Below, piece after piece: positions 15,732-23,800 of a stretch of 40,586 bases of DNA. Source of the stretch: an archaeon (lineage in GTDB: Archaea > Iainarchaeota > Iainarchaeia > Iainarchaeales > Iainarchaeaceae); the NCBI GenBank assembly GCA_035289485.1, contig DATDXA010000024.1, forward strand, positions 1 through 40,586, in the 5' to 3' direction. The position numbers and the translations under genes are program-made. Under the pieces are notes generated by a model that had not been told where the DNA came from, ran no database searches, and saw nothing but the letters and a program-made list of their open reading frames with translations. Within the stretch, counting starts at the first letter, position 1; the number at the start of each line of letters is the position of its first letter.

Positions 15732-17738
15732 TTGGCTGCAAAGCCTTCCAAAAAGCTTGTTGAAACTGGGGCATTGGCAGCGCCCCGAAAAAATTTCTGG
15801 ATTCTCGCGCTTTGCGGGATGGTTCTCTACACGCTTTTTGCGCTGATACTCCCGTTCTGGACAGAGAACAATCTCATGGCATGGGACAGCGCAGGCCAGT
15901 ACTTTGCCGCATGGTACCAAAGCGAATACCTTTTTCCAAGGATTGTGGGCTGGAACCCTTTCTTTTTCCTCGGGTACGCACAGAACCAATTCTACCCTCC
16001 GCTTTATAGCTATGTTTCGGCGCTGCTTGCGCAGGTGATGCCGCTTGAGGCAGCATTCAAGCTCGTGCTTGTTGTGGTGCTGCTCGCGACACCATTTTCA
16101 TTTTTTTATTTCGCGAGGTCTTTTGGGTTTTCAAAGAATCGGAGCTCTGCTGTGGCGGTTTGCATGTTTGCGCTGCTCTTCATTTTCCCGCAAGATTATT
16201 TCGGCGGCAACATGCACGCAACATTCAATGTCGGTCTCTACCCGCATGCGCTTGGCCTTGCGCTCTTTTTCCTCTACTTTGGGAGCCTGCATCGGGCCGT
16301 GGGCTCCAAAAAAATCCTGCTGCCGACGATTTTGCTCTCCGCAATGGCGCTCACGAATGTGGCAACCGGACTTGCCGGAACTGTGCTGCTTGCTGCATAT
16401 GCGGCGAACAATTTGCACAAAAAAGAAAACCTCAAGGCGCTTGCAAAGCATTTCGCACTCGTTTTCGCGCTCACCGCGTTCTGGGTATTGCCTGCGGCCG
16501 CAAAGCTTGCTTGGACAAATGTGCTAAGAATCGGGAGCGCAGAGAGCTACAGCGCAATTCTCGTGCTTGCAGTTGCGTACTTTGCATATGTGCTGTTCAT
16601 GGGGAAATCGGCGTTCAGACCGATTGCCCTGTTTGGGATTGGGATCTCGGCAATGGTTTTTTTATTCGGCGCGCTGAATGTTCCGCTCCATCCTTACAGG
16701 TTTTTCATGTTCATAGTGCTTTTGATTCCGATAGCATTGTTTTCAATTCCGAGCAAGGAAAACGACTGGATTTATGTTGTGGCAGTAGCGGTTTGCGTGC
16801 CATTAATCCTGCTCTCGCCCAACCTGCATCCGGAAGGCCCTACGGGAATTGAGGCGAATGCAATAGCGGAAAAAATAGAAGGGCGCGTGATGGTACTCGC
16901 ACCTCTCAATGCAGAATCCTCGCCGCACCTGCTCCAGCATTCTCTCCCTATGCAAAATGGGTTCCATTCGCTGCGCGGCCTCTTTGTGGAATCCTCGAGG
17001 AACGCGAGCTTTGTCTTCGACGTAGAAAAGGAGCTTTTCAGAAACAGCAGCCTGCAGTGGGGCGTGATTTCACACAGGGAATTCTTGCCGCAGAATTGGG
17101 AGGACATTTCAGGGATTTTGAAGCGCCAGCTCGACTTGTTCGGCGTGAAATATGCGATTGTGCCGCAATCTGCACTGGAAGGGGAAAAGCTGCAGGAAAT
17201 TGCAAAATATGATAAATATTTTGGCGATGAGCCGGTTCCAACGGGGTACACTTACAACCTGATGAAAGTCGGGGATTCAAACCTTTTTGAAGTGCTCGAT
17301 TATAAGCCGCGGCTTGTCAGCCACTCCGGCTGGGAGAGGGCATCGGCGCAATGGTTCCTTTCAGATGACATTGCAAACGGGGTGCTTGTGGATGAGGAGG
17401 TTCCGGGATATGTCGGGAGCGGAACGGAAACTGTGAAAGTGCTGGAAATGAGCCCGACACTTGAGCGCATAAAATTTTTTGTGGATTCGCAAAAGCCTGT
17501 TCCTGTGCTGATAAAGATTTCGGATTTCCCGAACTGGAGGGCGTATGAGAGCGGGGCGCCAGTAAAGATTTACCGCGCCTCGCCATATCTCATGCTTGTT
17601 TACGGGAAGGGGGAAATGGAGCTAAAGTATGAGCAGCTGCTAGTTGATTTGGCAAGTGGCTTTATTTCATTTATTGGGTTAGGTATTCTACTAATTCTCA
17701 TGAAAAAAGAGCTTGGCGTGGATAAAATCGGCACATGA
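15732..17738 (+). CDS. PTPS-related-domain membrane protein (GT-C-fold glycosyltransferase-like)
   Basis: WDSAGQ...GWNPFFFLGYAQNQFYPPL, about 12 TM segments, C-terminal PVLIKISDFPNW...IYRASPYLMLV and a final TM. Confidence 0.78.
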   Translation: MAAKPSKKLVETGALAAPRKNFWILALCGMVLYTLFALILPFWTENNLMAWDSAGQYFAAWYQSEYLFPRIVGWNPFFFLGYAQNQFYPPLYSYVSALLAQVMPLEAAFKLVLVVVLLATPFSFFYFARSFGFSKNRSSAVAVCMFALLFIFPQDYFGGNMHATFNVGLYPHALGLALFFLYFGSLHRAVGSKKILLPTILLSAMALTNVATGLAGTVLLAAYAANNLHKKENLKALAKHFALVFALTAFWVLPAAAKLAWTNVLRIGSAESYSAILVLAVAYFAYVLFMGKSAFRPIALFGIGISAMVFLFGALNVPLHPYRFFMFIVLLIPIALFSIPSKENDWIYVVAVAVCVPLILLSPNLHPEGPTGIEANAIAEKIEGRVMVLAPLNAESSPHLLQHSLPMQNGFHSLRGLFVESSRNASFVFDVEKELFRNSSLQWGVISHREFLPQNWEDISGILKRQLDLFGVKYAIVPQSALEGEKLQEIAKYDKYFGDEPVPTGYTYNLMKVGDSNLFEVLDYKPRLVSHSGWERASAQWFLSDDIANGVLVDEEVPGYVGSGTETVKVLEMSPTLERIKFFVDSQKPVPVLIKISDFPNWRAYESGAPVKIYRASPYLMLVYGKGEMELKYEQLLVDLASGFISFIGLGILLILMKKELGVDKIGT

Positions 17739-17817
17739 TGAAAACAGGTTTTTTGGGCTTTTGTAGCCGGAAAACCCATTCGAAGGCATTATATATTTCT
17801 TAGTTTATCTTCTAATA

Positions 17818-20800
17818 ATGGAAATAAATTACAACGCCTCTTTGCTTCTTATTCTTTCAATATTGCTCTTTGGCTGCGTGCAGGAGCAGGCCGGTGCGGA
17901 AAATGCGAATCTTTCGCCCACGCAGCCTGAAAACGTTGCCGGCTTTGCGACTTTAGAATCCGGGGATGAATCTGGAGGCACGGGAACCGGAGAGTATACG
18001 CAACCTGCGCCAAGTGGCACAGGAACAGGCACTGGTACAGGATCCGGAAGTGGAAGCGAGTCAGGCTCTGAAAGCGGATCTGGCAGCGGTTCGGGATTTG
18101 GTTATGGAGATGACGGCTCGGGAAGCGGTTCAGGTTATGATTATGGTTCAGGCTCGGGAAGCAGCTCGGGAGATGAAGAGGGTTCGGGAAGCGGAACTGG
18201 TACAGGCTCTGGACAAGATTCAGAGCTTGCAGCGGAAAACCTCGCGCTTTCGCAATCACTCAAATGCACACTTGATTCGGCTTCAGAAGACCGCGTCGGA
18301 ACATGGAACAATTTCACTCCCGGAATCGGCGGCGGCAACCCAACCCCCTACGACTGGAAATGGATTTGCTCAATTGAATTCACAAAAACGAAAACAATAA
18401 CATCAATCACGCTCAAGCACGAACTCTCAACCGAAAGCTGGTCAACATCAAACACACAGCTATACCCGATAGTAGTGTTCAAAGGCGACACGCAGCTAAA
18501 CAGAGCATATGGGCAGACACTCGGAACATACAACGCAGGAAAATATGACAACTTCAAGCTATTTGGCCAGATAGAGAGCGAAACATTCTCCGGAGCAATC
18601 GCAACATTCACATTCTCAGACGGCACAACCGCAAGCACAAAAATACCGCCATCGGACAAAAAACCACAGGCGCCATGCATTGATTCGGACAACGGAGCGG
18701 ACTACTTCACACAAGGAACAACAACAAAAGGCGCAACAACAAAAACAGATTACTGCATCAACACCGAAACACTCAATGAATACACCTGCAAGGACAACCA
18801 GGTAAAGGATGCCACATACAAATGCCCAAACGGATGCGACAAGGACACGGGGGCGTGCAAGCCGGACACAACAACGCCTGCAATAAATTTCTGTTCGTAT
18901 ATTAGCCCGGACACGGCACAGCCATTCCATGAGGGAGAGATATATTACGGGGTTACAGGCGGTTACGAATTTAATTCGGGCATTGCACTTGACCTGAAAA
19001 TAAAGAAAGTCGAAAACGCAGATAACCCAGACAAGGCAAAGGCAACATTTGAGCTTTATGAGCAGCAGTCCGGAAACCTGCTTGGCACTGCAACTGCAGG
19101 ATACTGTGATGACCTGCGCAATTTATTTATCAGTAAGAGCGGAAAGCCAATGCTATTTGGGCACTTCTTCATAAAGGCATTTGGCAAGGATGACAAAGGC
19201 AAAGTTGTCTCACTCACCGCTCTTGGAAGTGATGTGTGCATCGAATCACAATACGGAGGGTATCCATCGTCTTCAACGGTAATCGGCACAACCGGAATGC
19301 TTTATGGCCCGATTTATAAAAACTCAAATCCGAATCTTGCCGAAGTGTCGGTTACGGCAAGCTTCAATAACGGCCCATTCATTGATTCAAAAGAATTCCC
19401 CACTTCAAGCCCGAGAGCGCCCACTCTGAACTATGATTACATTTCAATCCCGGCCACGCTGCAGGGAGAAACCACGGCAACAATGAAAATAAAAGCCATG
19501 GAGAACGGGCAGGAAGTAAATGTAACTTTATACTGCATAGGGGATGCACAAAATGATGAGGCGGGGATTGTAAAAGTTACAGTGCTTGACAGCGATACAA
19601 AAGAAGCCATCCCAGGGGCATTGGCAAAACTTATGCTTGACAATACCCTGCTTCATTACAATTCTACTGGCGATGACGGAGTAGTATTCCTTGCAAGCAA
19701 AGCCAAGACTCCGCCTGTGCGCTATCTTATTTTAGTGAACGCGGTTGGTTATGAAAGCCAATCAAACGGCAGTGCATATATTTACTCTGGCGGAAAGACG
19801 GAAGTCACGTTCTACCTCATGAAATCGCAAACAACCGCACGCGACCAGCTGCCTGAGCCTGTCCTAAACAAGAATCCAGAAAACAGGGTTTCGATTAAGG
19901 CATTCTTCGAGTTCGAAGGGCCTTTCACCAAAATGTTCTACAATAACCAGATGAAGCAGATATTGGATACATATCCAAACGAAGTCAGCTTCTCGTTTAC
20001 CAATTATCCGCTCTCAATAATACATAGGTACGGCACCATAACAGCACTTGCAGGCGAATGTGCGGCTGCACAGGGCAAATTCTTCGAATTCGCAGACCAA
20101 TTATACGGCAATGATTATTCCACATTTACAAGGGATGTTTTGCTAAACATTGCAATCGACGCCAAACTTGACTACCAGGCATTTGGAGAATGCCTCGAAG
20201 AGCAAACATATTACCCCGAAGTCCTCGATGACATCAAGCAGGGAAATGCGATTGACCTCACAGGAACACCTACATTTAGTCTAAGCAACGGAAAAAGGGA
20301 GATAAGAATTGTGGGCGCGCAATCCTATGATGAATTCAAGAAAGCGATTGAGTTCCTGCTAAATGACACAGAGCCGCCCGTTGATGATGCCGTGATAAAG
20401 TCCGATTTTATAGTCAAGGAAATAGTAATCAAGGATGCCAGCAACGGATATGTGGACATCATCCGCAACCCGTTCACAGGAGACACTGGCACATATTATG
20501 TGAAAAATAAGATTGGCGGCATAAAGGGAACCGGAAAATATGACGGTCAGAGCATGACAATTGTAATACTCCAGTTGCTCTCAACGAATCCGGCATTCGG
20601 CACGCCGCTGCAGGCGACATTCGAGCTGCAGGACAAGGAAGGCAACGTTGTTGACTGGAAAACCGCTTCAATCGGCGATAACCTCAGATACATTTTCAAG
20701 TACAATGACCCGGCAGTTTCGGGAAGGCAGTACATCGACGAGGGCGAAGGAATATACTCCCTGATGGGAAGCGGCATCTACAAAGGCCAGAAGCTCAGCA

Positions 20801-23800
20801 TAAAATTCGCCACGCTAGAAGTCAAGCGCGCAGCGGCAGGCTCGCAGTACCCGTTCATTTACACAGGAACGTTCGAATTATACAACGAGAGCGGCAAATT
20901 GCTCGACACACAAACCGCAGGCAAAAGCGATGACCTCGGAAGCCTCTTCAAGGACCCGAACGGGCAGGATGCGCTCGCAACAAGCGTGAACATTGATTTG
21001 ATAGGGCTTTCATGGCCGAACTATACAGGATATATTGAGGTGACGGTGAAAGAGAAGGAGCCGCCAACCGAGACTCCGCAAACAATCACATTAGTTGACA
21101 GCAAAGGCTACCCGTACGACCCGATAAACTATGAAGGGATATACGACTATGTGGTAAATCTCACTTCAGACAGCAATGGCATGAAGAAAATAAAAATAGC
21201 AAATTCGAGGGAGAAGTGGAACAATTCAGTGTCCTCTAATGGCCCGCTGTACCCGACCAACTCAGGTCAGTCTCTCACAGGAGTTAACAAGTTAGAGTAT
21301 CTTAATGAAGGCTTCTCAATTACAAATCTTGATGGAAAAAATTTATATGAAGGCAAGAAACTTACAGTTAAATTGGCTCAAGTAACTCAAGGTGGCGGCA
21401 CTACAGGCACTGGATATCAGGGTATTTTTGAACTTTATGATTTGGACAATCTCATTGATACCCAAACGGTAACAAGCAGACTTGGATATAATTTTGCATA
21501 TGCGTTCAGAGACCAGAATGATAAAGAGGCGCTTGGCACAGATATCTTTGTAAACTTTATTGGAGTAAACAATGCAAACGGCGTACCATACGCCTCATTT
21601 TTCAGGGGAAAGCTTCCAGAAGCCAAACCCGCAGTATTTGGGAGCGCAATGCCTAGCGGAACAGCAGGAAAAGGCTTTGCAACAGCGGAATTCTTGGGAT
21701 TTACAGGAAAAGAAAAGATGACGACGGTTACAATCGGCAATGCAGTAACCGGCCTTGATAGCGCCGCAAAGGGCGGACTGAGCTTTAGGGGAGCAGACGA
21801 CGCAGAACATAACATCCCATTCGCGCTTGAACTTGACGATGCTGAAACAGGAAGCACATTCCTATTTGACGGCAAAACGATTTGGTACAGGATGAACTAT
21901 GGTGCAAGCTCCGCAACCGGGGCAAAACGTGACTTCAAATTCACTGTCAAAAACGGCGACTATGTCAATAACAGGATTTGGAACTTCACAGCACCGAACA
22001 TATTGAAAATTGGCGGCGTTGGAAATTCAATTGGGATACCAATTTCGGCAGGAAAGATTCTGACGGTTGATGGGGTGACCTATTTTTTCAACTCAGTCTC
22101 AATAGAACAAAATCTTGCATCGTCAAGCGCAACAGTTCTTGTGGATGGGGAAATAAATTTTAGGAAAGAAAACTCCACAGGAACGCCCATATACAACACA
22201 TTTGGTGATGCAGCAGATGAGACTTACGGGAAATTTTACTTCACCGACGGCGCAGTTTTTGACAACCAGACACCGCAGTCCTCAATTGTTATTGGAGGAG
22301 TGACTCAGCACACCAATAATGGCATAATTTTGCCGGATAAGGAGCTTGGCGGCTTTTCATTTTCTGCAATGGCTAGCCAGGAAATCAACAGGCTCTGGCT
22401 TCTTTTGGACGCCCCACAATTTTTGGATGGAAAAGCCCAAACTGTGGGAACAATTCAATCCGGGAAAACACTTTATTTCCAGGGCACTGATGTGCCAAAT
22501 TTCCAGGGCACTGAAAATGGATATGCAAACACAGAATATTACGTGCCACAAGACACGGATTTCAATTTCTCCGACACAAGGTATTCTAATAAGTCGGCAT
22601 ATTTTGTTGCGAACTTTTTCATCAACGGGGATACCGACAACAGGATTTATGTTTATATTGATACCAGAGATTCGGGAGTAATAGGCCCATTCACAAATTC
22701 TGACCTTGCCAGCTATACTTCAGACGCTAAATTTGTCAGCAGTTTCTCAAAAAATACAACTTTATGGAGCCTCAAATCCGGCAACGACCCAAGTTACCTC
22801 AAGGCAGCCTATGCAGACGATGGCACCAAAGCATCACTCCTTGAAAACGATGCGGGTGTGAAAATTAGCATGCCGCAGAACCGCGAAAATGTGCAGGCAG
22901 CACTCATTTTCTCCGATGGGTATTATATTTTATACAACCCATACCTCAATTCGACTTCAGGGTCAAGCGCGGTTGAAATAAATGAACTCGTGAATTCACA
23001 CTTGATTAATACGGATACGTTCCAGGAAAGGCTCGGAATCACGGCGGATGCAAAAATGGACACATCCTCTGACATTAAGGATTTGGTTGCCTATATTGAG
23101 GGCGGAGAATTCTATTATGAAACGGCAAAGAAAACCGGCGCAATCCAAACAGGCGACTGCATCCCATTCTTTGGCAATTACTACAACGTGAGCAAAATCA
23201 ATACATCGCAATCACCATACAGCATCACGCTTGAAACGAGCGCGCAATGTTCGGCATTGCCGCGGATTTTGGGAGCAGATATAGCGCCACAGGGCACGGT
23301 TGATGACCAAATGCGCGGAACCATTGCTGAGCCGTTGCAAAAACCGCAGATGGAAGCGGCACCTGTGCCAAAGCCATGGAACCCCAAGGTTACAACAAGC
23401 GGCACCGGAGCTAAAATAAGCGCGATAAGAATTCTCAACCCGAAATTTGAAATCAATGACAATGTGAAAATAAAGGCAACTGCGGCAAGCAAGGTTTACA
23501 AGGCATACCCATCGGCAACCTCGCCAGATGCCACATGGCTCTCCGGCGGGCCTTCGAGCATTTCCTACGGCACAATAACTGAAATGCCATACACGGACAA
23601 TGGCGGTAATATATGGTACAACGCCCAATTCAAGCAAAAGCTCTCAACGCGCGGAGAGGCGATACTTGCAAACGCATGGGTCACACAGAACATGCTTGTA
23701 AAACTCAATGCTGACGGGACAACAACCGATTTGCCGGATTCGTATACGAGCCATTTCAAGCTTGAGGCGCGCGGAACAGGATACTCAGCCGGCCAGTTCC

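Noticed and set aside
17960..18215. Short repeats resembling a CRISPR array or VNTR
   Set aside because: They are in-frame Gly/Ser codon repeats with no constant repeat and unique spacer periodicity, and there are no cas genes.
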